A DNA stretch of 63,664 nucleotides, filler included, from Chiloscyllium plagiosum (lineage: Eukaryota): the NCBI RefSeq assembly GCF_004010195.1. It is 4 parts of one record of this genome, joined end to end, with 100 filler letters (N's around TTAATTAATTAA, not from the genome) between each part and the next. Parts side by side here need not be neighbours in the genome. Positions count along the whole stretch, not along the records: positions 48,174 to 61,183 come from NC_057712.1; positions 61,284 to 63,664 come from NC_057712.1; 2 more parts are not named here. One strand, written 5' to 3'. The number at the start of each line of letters is the position of its first letter. The stretch's first letter is position 1. The position numbers and the translations under genes were made by a program. Under the pieces are notes generated by a model. That model did not search any database. It saw only the letters and a program-made list of their open reading frames with translations, and was not told where the DNA came from. This document shows, one piece after another, positions 51,582-63,459 of the stretch.

Positions 51582-51900
51582 TTCTGGGTTAGTGGTGCTG
51601 GAAGAGCACAGCAGTTCAGGCAGCATCCAAGGAGCAGCGGAATTGACGTTTCGGGCAAAAGCCCTTCATCAGGAATAAAGGCAGAGAGCCTGAAGCATGG
51701 AGGATAAGCTAGAGGAGGGGGGGGGTGGGGAGAAAGTAGCATAGAGTACAATAGGTGAGTGGGGGGAGCAGCGGTGAAGGAGGCCCAGGACCTCCATGTC
51801 CTCAGCAGAGTGGGAGGGGGAGTTGAAATATTGGTGTGGTTGATTGGTGCGGGTGTCCTGGAGATGTTCCCTAAAGCGCTCTGCTAGGAGGCGCCCAGTC
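51582..51900 (-). mobile_element. Penelope-like 3' fragment: GIY-YIG remnant joined to family-B terminus
   Basis: TGRLLAERFREHLQDTRTNQPH..FNSPSHSAEDMEVLGL followed by terminus with hammerhead. Confidence 0.88.
51645..51672 (-). ncRNA. Minimal hammerhead motif, intact core
   Basis: CUGAUGA-A-GGGC(UUUU)GCCC-GAAACGUC. Confidence 0.7.
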
Positions 51901-52357
51901 TTGTGCCAGTAAAACCAGGGGAAATGGTGACAATGATGACTATGAAGTTGTGAGTGGACCTTCTGAATCATGTTTTAGTGTTTGGTATAACATTACCATG
52001 AAGCAAACATAGGTTCTAAAAGAAAACAAAATCTGGAAGCAAACTCACTTAATAATGGTGGATAACTATGCTTATGGACTGCTAAAACACAAGCAGATCC
52101 TTCCATACCAGGCCTTGTTAGCCCATAAAAACTGAAAGAACAGCAGATGCTGTAAATCAGAGACAAAAACAGAACTTGCTGTAAAAACTCAGCAGATCTG
52201 GCCACTCCTGTGAAGGGAAATCAGGGTTATTGTTTCAGGGGCCCTGTGAGCCTTCCTCAGGACTGATGGTAGCTGGGAAAATGTCACTTTTATAGAGAAG
52301 ACAGGGTGGGGGAGGAGGTAAAGAGTTAACGATCCCAAAGAGAGAGAAGAAAAGGAT

Positions 52358-53353
52358 TGGTGTTGGGCCACTGCTTTTTGTCATTTAAAGAAATGATTTG
52401 GATGTGAACATAGGAGATATGGTTAGTAAGTTTGCAGATGACACCAAAATTGGAGGTGTATGGACAGCGAAGAAGGTTACCTCAGAGTACAACAGGATCT
52501 TGATCAGATGGGCCAATGGGCTGAGAAGTGGCAGATGGAGATTAATTTAGATAAATGTGAGGTGCTGTACTTTGGAAAGGTAAATCAGGGCAGGACTTGT
52601 ACATTTAATAGTAAGGTCCTGGGGACTGTTGCTGAACATAAAAACCTTGGAATGCAGGTTTGTGGTTCCTTGGAAGTGGAGTTTCAGATAGACAGGGTAG
52701 TGAGGAAGGCGTTTTGGTGTGCTTATCTCTATTGGTCATTGCTTTGAGTATAGAAGTTGGGAGGTCATATTACAGCTGTACAGGACATTGGTTAGGCCAC
52801 TTTTAGAGTACTGTGTGCAATTCTGCTCTCCCTCTTACAGGAAGGATGTTGTGAAACTTGAAAGGGTTCAGAAAAGATTTACAAGGATTTTGCCAGGGTT
52901 GAAGGATTTGAGCTATAGGGAGAGGCTGAATAGGCTGGTGCTGTTTTCCCTGGAGCATCGGAGGCTGAGGGATGACCTTATAGTGGTTTGCAACATCTTG
53001 AGGGGTATGGATAGGGTGTAAAGACAAGGTATTTTCCTTAGGCTGGGGGAGTTTAAAACGAGAGGGCATAGGTTTAGAGTGAGAGGGAAAAGATATAAAA
53101 GAGACTTATGGGGCAACTTATTCATGCAAAGGGTGATACGTGTATGGAATGAGCTTTCAGAGGAAGTGTTAAAGGTAGTAAAATTATAACATTTAGAAGG
53201 TAGCTGGTTGGATATATGAAAAGGATGGGTTTAGAGGGAATGGGCCAAATGCTGACAAATGGAACTAGATTTATATAGGATATCTGGCCAGCATGAACGA
53301 GTTGGACTGAAGAGTCTGTTTTCATGCCGTATATCTTTATGACGCTATGACTC
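52358..53353 (+). mobile_element. CR1 3' fragment
   Basis: LGPLLF, FADDTK, LVRPLLEYCVQF.SPSYRKDVVKLERVQKRF; tail. Confidence 0.92.
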
Positions 53354-53661
53354 TGTAAGAGTTGAAATGACTAAGGGGTGGATAACGACCTGGCTAGGAG
53401 GGTGAATTGCTGTTAATGGAGACTGTTAGTGGCTAACAATGGGTGTTATCACATGATCTGCTATTATACACAACTCACTGTTCGCCATGAACCGTCCCCA
53501 TTAATAGCTATTCACTCTCCTAGCCTGATTGTTATCCTCTCCTTTGTCTGTCCACCTGTATTTTTCTCTTTTTGGGCTCTGTCCCCACCTACCATTTACT
53601 CCTTAATCCCTCCCCCTACCCTATCTTATGCATAAAAAACAACATTTTCCTCACTCCCGTC

Positions 53662-53699
53662 AGTTCTGAGGAAGGGTTACCGGATCTGAAACGTTAACT
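53662..53699 (+). ncRNA. Minimal hammerhead motif (GUU-site variant)
   Basis: AGUU-CUGAGGA-A-GGGUU(ACCG)GAUCU-GAAACGUU-AACU; 4-bp helix I AGUU/AACU. Confidence 0.6.
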
Positions 53700-53800
53700 C
53701 TGATTTCTATCCACAGGTGTTGCCAGACCTGCTGAGCTTTTCCAGCAATTTCTGTTTTTGTTTCTGATCAGGAATCATGTAGTAGTCAGTGTTTTAGAAG

Positions 53801-53978
53801 TCTGGTGCTGGAAAAGCACAGCAGGTCAGGCAGCATCCGAGGAAGCGGAGCCCTGATGCAGGGCTTATGCTCGAAACGTTGATTCTCCTGCTCCTCAGAT
53901 ACTGCCTGACCTGCTGTGCTTTTCCAGCACCACACTCTCGACTCAGATCTCCAGCATCTGTGGTCCTTGCTTTATCCT
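53801..53978. mobile_element. Family-A fold-back element
   Basis: TSD agtgtttta(g/c)aag at 53788-53800 and 53979-53991. Confidence 0.8.
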
Positions 53979-54278
53979 AGTGTTTTACAAGCAACTCGTT
54001 CAGACTTCCTACAGTCTAGAGAAAACCGAATGTTGATTCAGGTGGTGCATCTGACTAGACAAACTGAAGTATGAGTCGTTGTTGAGGATGGACAGGAATA
54101 TCATCCCTGCAGTAATATAGCTTTAACATGCTCACGCATCATAACTAGTTCTTCTTCCTAATGATCAGGTACATCTAGCAAATAACTCACCATTAAACCG
54201 CTTAACTACCTTGTATGAACCACTGAATCTCATTGTCAGAGGTTGTTCTTGGAAAGGAAACAGTGCTAACACTTTGAT

Positions 54279-54927
54279 TTAATTTGATTTGATTTGATTT
54301 GATTTATTATTGTCATGTGCACCTAGATATAGTGAAAAGTTTTGTTTTACATACAGTACAGGTAGATCATGCCATACAAAGTCCAAAGGGTAATAGAACC
54401 TTTGTGGGCGGCACGGTAGCACAGTGGTTAGCACTGCTGCCTCACAGCGCCAGAGACCTGGGTTCAATTCCTGCCTCAGGCGACTGACTGTGTGGAGTTT
54501 GCACGTTCTCCCCGTGTCTGCGTGGGTTTCCTCCGGGTGCTCCGGTTTCCTCCTACAGTCCAAAAGATGTGCAGGTCAGGTGAATTGGCCGTGCTAAATT
54601 GCCCATAGTGTTAGGTAAGGGGTAAATGTAGGGGTATGGGTGGGTTACGCTTCGGCGGGTCGGTATGGACTTGTTGGGCTGAAGGGCCTGTTTCCACATT
54701 GTAAGTAATCTAATCTAACAGAGTGAGAATATAATGTTAGGGCTGCAGAGAAAGTGTAGAGAAGGGCGAGATCAACATTACATGTAAAATTTAATAGGTC
54801 CATTCAGAAGTCTGATAAGAATGAGAAAGAAGTTGTTCATGAATTTGTTGGTTGCATGCTTTAAGCTTTTGTATCTTCTGCCCGATGAAGAGGGTGAAAG
54901 AGAATTTTAATAGGGTGGGAGGAATCC
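54279..54927 (-). mobile_element. Rex1/Babar-like LINE 3' end
   Basis: DSSHP..LF..SGRRYKSLK..NNFF..IRLLNG remnant; tail ttttcacta..catgacaataataaatcaaatcaaatc. Confidence 0.7.
54406..54718 (+). mobile_element. Full-length HE1-like SINE
   Basis: A box, B box gggttcaattcc, body, CR1-like 3' end and taatctaatctaa. Confidence 0.92.
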
Positions 54928-55197
54928 TGTTTTGAAATGTTCTAGGTGTAGCATGTTTGCCTGTCTATTCTTTCAGCTTTGCCTGTGAAGGTTCACACAC
55001 TATAAGACCAAGTATCACTGCAGAAGCTCGTGAACACTTAAGCTAACAGGAAGAGGTGTCTAACACAGATCACACCTTTACCCAACACTATAGAGCTCAA
55101 AAAGCAGGGGCAATGGTGTAGAGCAGAGATCATTAATAAAGAGGCACTTTTTTTGTTTATAAAAGATACAGCAACTGAGGTCTTATATCGTCAATAA

Positions 55198-55420
55198 GAG
55201 CAAAATACTGTGGTTGCTGGAAATCTGAAATAAAAAAGAGAAAGTTCTGGAGAAACTCAGCAGGTCTGGCAGCATTTGGGGAGAGCAAAAAACCGAGTGT
55301 ATGTTTCCTTTTGTTCTAAGGAAAAGTCATATCGGACTAAAACATTAACTCTGTTTCTGTCTCCACAGATACTGCCAGACTGACTGAGTTTCTCAAGCAT
55401 TTTCTTTTTTTTTTATTTTG
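55198..55420. mobile_element. Degenerate family-D fold-back element (related copy 56838-56985)
   Basis: gagaaactcagcaggtctggcagc / ctgccagactgactgagtttctc arms; ttctaaggaaaagtc..gactaaaacattaact. Confidence 0.65.
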
Positions 55421-55444
55421 TCAAAACAGAGAATGATATTGGGT

Positions 55445-55672
55445 GGAAGGTATAGGGGAGATGTCAGGGGTGGGTTCTTTACCCAGAGAGTGGTGGGGGT
55501 TGGAATGCGCTGCCTGTGGGAGTGGTAGAGTCAGAATCTTTGGTGACCTTTAAGCGGCAATTGGATAGGTACATGGATGGGTGCTTAAGCTAGGACAAAT
55601 GTTCGGCACAACATCATGGGCCGAAGGGTCTGTTCTGTGCTGTATTGTTCTATGTTCTATGTTCTATGTTCT
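55445..55672 (+). mobile_element. CR1 3' tail, (TATGTTC)n subfamily
   Basis: FFTQRVVGVWNALP remnant; tgttctatgttctatgttcta. Confidence 0.8.
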
Positions 55673-55981
55673 AGATACGACAGAAGTGCATGGTCAGAAT
55701 CAGGAATGCAATGCCAGAGGGACTGGTGGAGGTGATGTCAATCAATGCATTCCAGGGGGAGTTGGATTACTATCTGAAAAGGGACACAATGGAGGGATAA
55801 GGAGAGAAGATGATGAAGTAGCATTAGATGAATTATTCCTTCACAGTGCCAGCACAGACATGACAAGTTGAATGAACTGCATTGTGCAGTAACCATTTTC
55901 TTGATTCTAGTATTCTATGTTTAATATTCTGTAGGGAAAGAGGCCTGCTGTTTTTCCCTAGTATGGCTTATAAGTCACTCT

Positions 55982-56129
55982 AAGAGAAAGTGAGGACTGC
56001 AGATGCTGGAGATCAGAGTCGATAAGTGTGGTGCTGGAAAAGCACAGCAGGTCAGGCAGCATCCGAGGAGCAGGAGAATTGACATTTTGAGCATAAGCTG
56101 TGTTTTTCTAGCACCACATGCTTCGACTG
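55982..56129. mobile_element. Family-A element, centre deleted
   Basis: gagaaagtgaggactgcagatgctggagatcagag arm; TSD taagt(c/g)actct. Confidence 0.75.
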
Positions 56130-57146
56130 TAAGTGACTCTCGCCCCACACCTTATCATCTAAAGTGGCTGAACAAACCAATCAATTGTTTAGGCTTGGCC
56201 AATAATATTGGTCTTGCTCATGAGGCAAACATCCTGCAAATAAACACAAAAAGCGTGAATGCAGGGGACACATTTAGCACAAAATACCTGATCCCTGATC
56301 TTTGTTGTATTAACTAATCTCAACCAGTGCGGTGTTTGTGATATAACAATGGCATCTCACCACCCCTGGGCTAGGGATGAGAAGGTAGGGGTCACTGATT
56401 CTTAATGAGTGACCATTACATTGGAAGAGTACAGGGACCTCCTTGGAAACTGGCTGAGGATAAAGATCAGGCTTATCTGTCAAGTTACCCATGTCCAAGT
56501 AGATTGTCATCGGTTCTTGTCTAGCCAATGTAAGAAGGTTGACCACATTGGGTGAAATGCTGGAAGGTGGCCAGTGTCTGCAGAACACCATGGACTGGCA
56601 ACTTTAGAAGAAATATGAACAGTTAAGCAGTTAAAATGGGCATCAATATTTTTGAAGTGTGTTTGAAATGTTCTGCATAAAAACATGCACCTCACAGACG
56701 TAGAAGAAACTGCTTTGAAAGGGTCACACATGACTTTGACCGAATTTCTAAACAATTAAATTGTACTGTTTGTGGAACCATGTTGAGAGAACTGTGAAGT
56801 TTAAGGGATTGGAGCATCTGTTTATGCGTATGTTTGGCTGGCAGCATCTGTGGAGAGAGACAAACAGAGTTAACATATCATTTCATTCTGAAGATAAGTC
56901 ACATCGGATTCAAAACATTACATCTGTTTCTGTCTCCACAAATGCTGCCACTTCCTCCAGGAATTTTTCTTTTTATTTCTTATTTTGTCAAAGCAGAGAA
57001 TGGTATGTTTGTGTGCATGAGAGGGTGAGTTCATGCATGAATATTTGTATGTGTCTAAATAAATGTGTGTAAGTTCATGTGTGAATATATGCATGAAGGT
57101 GTGTATGATTGTGTCTGTGAGTGAGTGAGTTCACATGTGAATGTTA

Positions 57147-57795
57147 TAGAGTCATAGAGTTGTACAACATGGAAGCAGACCCTTTGATCCAATTGTCCAT
57201 GTCGACCAGATATTATAAATTGATCTAGTACCATTTGCCAGCATTTGACCCATATTTCTCTAAAACCTTTCCCATTCACTTGCCTATCCAGATGCCTTTT
57301 AAATGTTGTGATTGTACCAGCCTCCACCACTTCCTCTGGCAGTTCTTTCCATACACGCACCACCCTCTGCATGGAAATGTTGCCCTTTAGGTCCCCTATA
57401 AATCTTTTCCCTCTCACCATAAATCTATGGCCTCTAGTTTTGGACTCCCCTTCTCTGGTAAGAAGACCTTGAGTATTCACTCTATTCAGTCCCTTCACGA
57501 TTTTATAAATCTCTATAAAGTCATCCTTCAATCTCTGGAGAAAATAGTCCCAGCCTATTTGGCGTCTCCCTGTAGCTCAAGTCCACCAAACCCAACAAGA
57601 TCCTTGTAAATCTTTCAAGTTTAGAAACATCTTTGCTAAAGCAGGGAGACCAGGATTGAAGGCAGTCATCCAAAAGTGGTCTAATGTCTTGTGTGGCCCA
57701 ACTCCAATTTTAAACGCACTGACCAGTAAGGGCAAGCGTACCAAATGCTTTCTTCACTACGTGTCACCCTGTGACTCCTCCTTCAAGGAACTATG
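57147..57795 (-). mobile_element. CR1 3' fragment
   Basis: DFIEIYKIVKG..TRGHRF..QRVVRVW.ELPEEVV. Confidence 0.9.
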
Positions 57796-59119
57796 ATCCC
57801 CCACCCTTTGTTCAGCAATTCTCACCAGGAACCCAGGAATGTGTGTACAAGAATGTGTATCGGTGTCTGTTTACGTGAGGACATGAAGGTGTGTATATGC
57901 CTGTTACAAAATTTCATAATTCAAACACTCTTGTGTTATACGGGTTTTGGCGTTACACTATGCAATATTGGATTGCAAGATTTTTGCATTAATTGTTTTT
58001 TTTTTCTCTGTAAATGTTGAGTAAATATTGAAAGCATCAAACTGACCAAGCAGCGATGTTGGAATTTTCAAGCTGGAGCTACACTGCCTCTCTGGGGGCA
58101 CAAACTTCTACATAAAACATTTTGTTATTCCTCTATTTACATAATTTATTCTCTTATGGAGACTGGGACTAATTTCTTGCTCCATTCAGCTCCCCTAGAA
58201 CAAGCTCAGCAAATGCTCCAATAATATATTTTGGAATAATTTGTCAGGGGGCCAGTTCTGTGCTTCCATTTTCATGTCTCAATGGAGCAATTGAGGTAAT
58301 TTTTTTTTAAAAAGACGCAGTTCAGGATTATTAGATGAGAGGGACTGAGTTGTGTGAATATGTTACTTGCAGTTAACAGAAATACTGAAAATTGCTACTT
58401 CTGAATTATATGGAGTTATGTAAGGAAACAGCTGGAATATCATCGCTTCCTGACTGAGTAGTAAAATAAAGGATAGCATCCTCATATAATTTGTCATTAA
58501 ATGCCTGGCAGATGAGGTTCAACTGTATGTAAAGATTTGGGGTAAAAGCGGGAAGGGGGAAACATCAGGGGCAATCTGAGATTTTGGGAGATTGGTAATA
58601 GATTATGTTCTGTCAGCTGTGGCTCAATAGCAGGTACAGTTCTGGAGGTCAGAAGATTGGGGCTAAGTTTCATTTGAAAGACTATCTGGCCTGTCACCTC
58701 TATGCAATATTGAGACAATATAAAAATGAAAGCAGTAGAAGCAGGAATAGGCCATTTGGCCCCTTAAGTCTATTCTATCATTGAGTAATATCAAGCTTGA
58801 TCTGACTGGCCATAATTACACTTTCCTGTGCCTCATTCTCCTGGTCCATAATCCTTGATTCTTTTATAGCTTAGACATTTCTCTAAGTCAGTTCCAAATA
58901 TATTCAATGACCCAGTTTCCATTGTTGTCTTTGGAAAGAAATTCCAAAGGCTAACTATTCTGTACGATGGAAAAGTTCCTCCTCTTCCACATCTGAAATA
59001 GCAGACTCATTCTTTTGTTAGTTTGCCCCCTAGTTCCAGATTCCCCTGCTAGCAATAACATGCTCTCAGTATCCCCAGGCCATCCCACCCCTGCCAAGAC
59101 CCCTAAAAATCATATATAA

Positions 59120-59945
59120 TAAAACAAAGAATTGCATTTGTTAGAGATTTGAAACAGAAATGGAAATTGCTGGTGAGATTCAGCAGGTCTGGCAGCTTGT
59201 GTAGGAAGAAAACAGAGTTAACGTTTCAAGTCTGGTGACTCTTCATTAGAACTGTTAGCAACTTGGAGAATGCGAACCTTATGCTGAAGGTGAAGTTGGA
59301 GACGGGGAAAGGAGAGGTGAATGGAAAGGTGGAGGTGGAGCCTGGGGGAGAGAGAGAGAGACAGAGAGAGAGCGAGATGAAAGGTGAAATAACTCCACAG
59401 AGGTTGGTATCCTATAACCAAGTTACCCTTTGTTTACACATGGAAAATCTTTAACACTGACCAGCTCCCTCAGAGCCAACCCTCAGAATGAACAGAACCT
59501 CTGACACTCATGTTTATATCTGTCAGCCAGGGCTCCCCGATGGGCCAGGTTAACAGGAACTCATATTCTATGTCATCTAACTGGCTGACCTCATTACATT
59601 CACTACAAAATGGGTAGGTGAGCAAGGAAATTATTGATAGCAGGCCAGAGCAGAAGAAAAGCTGAATAAGTGAGGTCAGAGTAGGAGAGAATGGATGAGC
59701 TGTGCTGAAAACAACCATATAAAATATAATGCCCTCTGAGTAGGTGAGAATGGGTGACTGTGCTAAAGGCAACAAGGTGGCATTGTCAGAATAGGTACAA
59801 TGGAAATGGCGAAACTGGGAGAATGGGATGGAGTCCTTATAGGAAGCAGGGTGTGAGCATATGTGGTCGAGGTAATTATGGGAGTCAGTAGGTTTGTGTA
59901 TGTTGGTGTTCAGCCTTTCTCCAGAAATGGAAACAGAGATATTGA
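59120..59945 (-). mobile_element. Degraded Penelope-like element: RT thumb remnant plus family-D terminus
   Basis: ISVSISGERLNTNIHKPTDSHNYLD..SHPASYKDSIPFSQF (~59775-59945); reverse ttctaatgaagagtcaccagacttgaaacgttaact at ~59215-59250. Confidence 0.75.
59385..59607 (-). mobile_element. Probable solo LTR
   Basis: TG..CA termini (TGTAGTG..TTTCA), TATA-like atataaac, imperfect 5-bp TSD aaagg/aaatg. Confidence 0.5.
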
Positions 59946-60055
59946 GTGAAAATCAATAGTTTGGTTTCCTACATGACCAGAGTAACTCTACTTTGAAAGC
60001 ATTTAATTGGTGGTGAAGCATTTTGGGTCAGATTGAGGTCAGGAATAGTGTGATA

Positions 60056-60358
60056 TTTGATTTGATTCTCTACAGTGTGGAAACAGGCCCTTCGGCCCAA
60101 CAAGCCCACACCGCTCCTCCGAAGAGAAACTCACCCAAACCCATTCCCCTAGCCTATATTTGCTTCTGACTAATGCACCTAACACTGTGGGCAATTTAGC
60201 ATGGCCAGTTCACCTGACCTGCACATCTTTGGACTGTGGGAGGAAACCCACGCAGACACAAGGAGAATGTGCAAACTCCACACAGACAGGCAGGAATCGA
60301 ACCCAGGACCCTGGTGCTGTGAGGCAGCAGTGCTAACCACTGAGCCACTGTGCTGCCC
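60056..60358 (-). mobile_element. HE1-like SINE
   Basis: Reverse head gggcagcacagtggctcagtggttagc; (aatca) tail. Confidence 0.88.
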
Positions 60359-60949
60359 ATACTTTGAAAATACTTTTCACTTGCCTGGATGAATGCAGCT
60401 CCAACACCACCTGAGGTGTGACGCCATTTAGAACAAAGCAGCCCATCAATTAAAACTTTTATCTACCACTTTGAACTTGCACTCCCTCCACCACCACCAC
60501 AGTATTGGCAATGTACACAATCTACAAGGTGCACTGTACAAACTTATTAAGACTGCCTCAATACCACCTTCCAGATTCTCCCATCCAGAAGTGCAGCAGA
60601 CGCATGGGAGCACTAAGTTCCTCTCTAGGCTCCACACCATACTGACTTGGAACTATACTTCTATTCCTTCAATGTTGCAGAGTTAAAGTCCAGGAACACT
60701 TCCCAACAGTACTGTGGATGTATCGACACCCCATAGACTGCAAGAGTTCAAGGTGGCAGCTCACCACCACCTCCTAAATGCCAACTGTGGACGGGCCACA
60801 AAAAACGCTCTAGCTAATGATGCCAACAACCCTTGAATGAATTAAAACTGGACTATATTCTCTGGAGTTTAAAAGAATCAGGCATTCTCATTATAAATAT
60901 GCATTTTTTGTTCTTGAATATATATATATATTATGGTATGGATGTTATT

Positions 60950-61183
60950 ACTTGCAAAATGTAGATTGCCCGACCAGAGGGGAGGCCATATTGGATTTGG
61001 TACTTGGTAACGAACCGGGACAAGTGATGGGCTTGTTAGTGGGTGAACATTTTGGTGATGGTGACCACAATTCTGTGACTTTCACCTTGGTTATGGAGAG
61101 AGATAGGTGCGTGCAACAGGGTAAGTTTTACAATTGGGGGAAGGGTAAATACGATACTGTAAGACAGGATCTGAGAAGCATAA
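60950..61183 (+). mobile_element. CR1 endonuclease fragment ending at gap
   Basis: PTRGEAILDLVLGNEPGQV..GEHFGDGDHN. Confidence 0.88.
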
Positions 61184-61283
61184 NNNNNNNNNNNNNNNNN
61201 NNNNNNNNNNNNNNNNNNNNNNNNNNNTTAATTAATTAANNNNNNNNNNNNNNNNNNNNNNNNNNNNNNNNNNNNNNNNNNNN
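61184..61283. other. Artificial scaffold gap
   Basis: 44 N + TTAATTAATTAA + 44 N. Confidence 0.98.
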
Positions 61284-61700
61284 ATCAGTCCTTGCCTTTC
61301 CAAATACATGTACATCCTGTCCCTCAGGATTCCCTCCAACAACTTGCCCACCACCGATGTCAGGCTCACCGGTCTATAGTTCCCTGGCTTGTCTTTACCG
61401 CCCTTCTTAAACAGTGGCACCACGTTGGCCAACCTCCAGTCTTCCGGCACCTCACCTGTGACTATCGATGATACAAATATCTCAGCAAGAGGCTCAGCAA
61501 TCACTTCCCTAGCTTCCCACAGAGTTCTCAGGTCCTGGGGATTTATCCACTTTGAGGATCCAGCACTTCCTCCTCTGTAATATGGACATTTTCCAAGGCG
61601 TCACCATCTATTTCCCCACATTCTATATCTTCTCCGTCCTTCTCCACAGTAAACACTGATGCAAAATGCTTGTTTAGTTATCTCCCCCATCTCCTGCAGA
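61284..61700 (-). mobile_element. CR1 RT fragment starting at gap
   Basis: VPEDWRLANVVPLFKKGGKDKPGNYRPVSLTSVVGK. Confidence 0.9.
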
Positions 61701-63459
61701 ATTCCCAGTCTCAGATTTGCTGTTGTTGCCAGTTTCTTTTAATAGCATCATATCCATCATGTGGAATGAATACTTTCTCCTCCTGCTCCTGGCCAGCCCG
61801 ACTCTATCATATTTCTGCTCTCTCTCTCTCTCTCTCTCTCTCCCTGTCTCTATCTCGCTGAAACACATGGCCATACCACTGTGACTTCTCAGGTCTCTTC
61901 ATAATCATCATCAACCAAGCCTTTTCCTTCAGCCTCCTGACAGTTCACCCTCTCACCCAGTTTCGAGATATCTGCACATTCGGAGATGTTTATGTAACTC
62001 CCTCATCTCAGTTATTCATATATACTGTGGATGACTGGGGCCCTGGAGCTGGTCCCTGCAATACACTGTTAGTCACTGCCTGCTATTCAGTAAAAATTTG
62101 AAAAAAATGTCTTTCTCAGGGGGAGGGCGTTACTGGTTTGGCCAGCATTCATTGTCCACCCATCCCCTAATTGCCCAGAGGGCACTTTAACAGCATTGCT
62201 GTGGGTCTGGAGTCACGTATAGGCCGGGGCTGGTAAAGATGGCAGCTTCCTTCCCTAAGAACAGTATTCCTGTTATGTGTTTCCTGCCTGCCAGCCAGTT
62301 TTCTATCCATCTCAGTTCTCTCACCCCCAGTGCCGTGTACTTTAGTGTCACACACTAGGCTGTTAATTGGGACTTTGTTGTGAGATTTCTGACAGTCCAA
62401 GTTACCCACATCCACTGGCTTCCCCCCCCCGATCAACTTCTTTCAGTTTCATCCTCAAAGGAATTCCTGTTGGTTTGTCAAGGGTGATTTCAATTTCGTA
62501 AATCCACCGTGTCTCTCTCTGTCCAATCCTGTCACTTTCTCAAAGCGCTTGGCTGTTAATTCTTTTACTCTGGACTCCAACATTTTGCCCACCACCAATA
62601 TCAGGATGACTGGTTTTCTCTCTCCCCTCTGTTTTAAATAGTGGGGTTACATTAACTATCATCCAATCCATAGGAATTCTTCCACAGACTATAGAATCTT
62701 AGAAGATAAACACCTACGCATCCACTATTTCTCCGGTCAGTTCCCGAAGTACTCTGGGATGTAGGACATCAGGGCCTGGGGGTTTGTTAACCTTCAGTTC
62801 CATGAATTTCCCAACACCACTTCCCTTCTGGTTCTCCATCATTCCAATGTCTTGTCACTCTGAAACCATGTCTCCCTCACCCCAAGGACACCATACCTGG
62901 TCAGCTCTCACCCCGTGGCTCATTCATCCCGATATTGTGTTAGGAAATCACAATACTTTTCGAAACAAAGTCTTTTGCGTTCTGGTTTCTGCGCCCTTAT
63001 CCAGTCTCTATATCCTTTGAATAACCAGCTGAGTGTGAATTGCTGCGTGAATGTGGTCTAGCTGAGGTTCAACGCAGATTTGTAATAATTGTTCATTCGG
63101 CTTCGGCCGGCAGGGACGCGGCCACCACTTGCTGAGGGTTGAGAGTGGCCTGGAGAACCGGCCGTGCTCCGGAAGCTCCAGCTCAGAGCAACGTGTGATT
63201 TCTCACCAGTGAATGTCAGCCGTCGGCTGTTGGCTTCGTTCCGGTTGTAATTTGGCCTCATGTGTGGGTTTGGGAGCCAACTGGTCCAATTCCGACTCCC
63301 AGGGGAAAACTGGGAATGGTTCATTTCATAAGGGACAGCAAGCTCGGAGAAAATAAACACAGCCCTGTTCCTGATCCCTCTCACACTCTGTTTGTTCACA
63401 AATACAAAAACAAACTGGGTTTCTCAATGCTACAACACTGGCTTGCCATTGACATTACA

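Larger units (their letters stand above)
52128..53768. mobile_element. Large family-D fold-back element split by a CR1 insertion
   Basis: Left arm 52128-52350 plus 53355-53445, inverted right arm ~53490-53768. Confidence 0.65.
54095..55010 (-). mobile_element. Gypsy/Ty3 integrase C-terminal (GPY/F) relic, split by Rex1 and SINE
   Basis: SQAKLKE*TGKHATPRTF..//KVLALFPFQEQPLTMRFSGSYKVVKR..VSYLLDVPD..VSMLKLYY. Confidence 0.6.

Noticed and set aside
54191..54247. Apparent minus-strand 57-nt exon with gtgagt donor
   Set aside because: The open frame is part of a Gypsy integrase relic that continues through the supposed splice sites; not PLB1-like
54406..54480. tRNA-like sequence (also at other SINE heads)
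   Set aside because: A/B boxes belong to SINE heads followed by SINE body and tail; no complete cloverleaf
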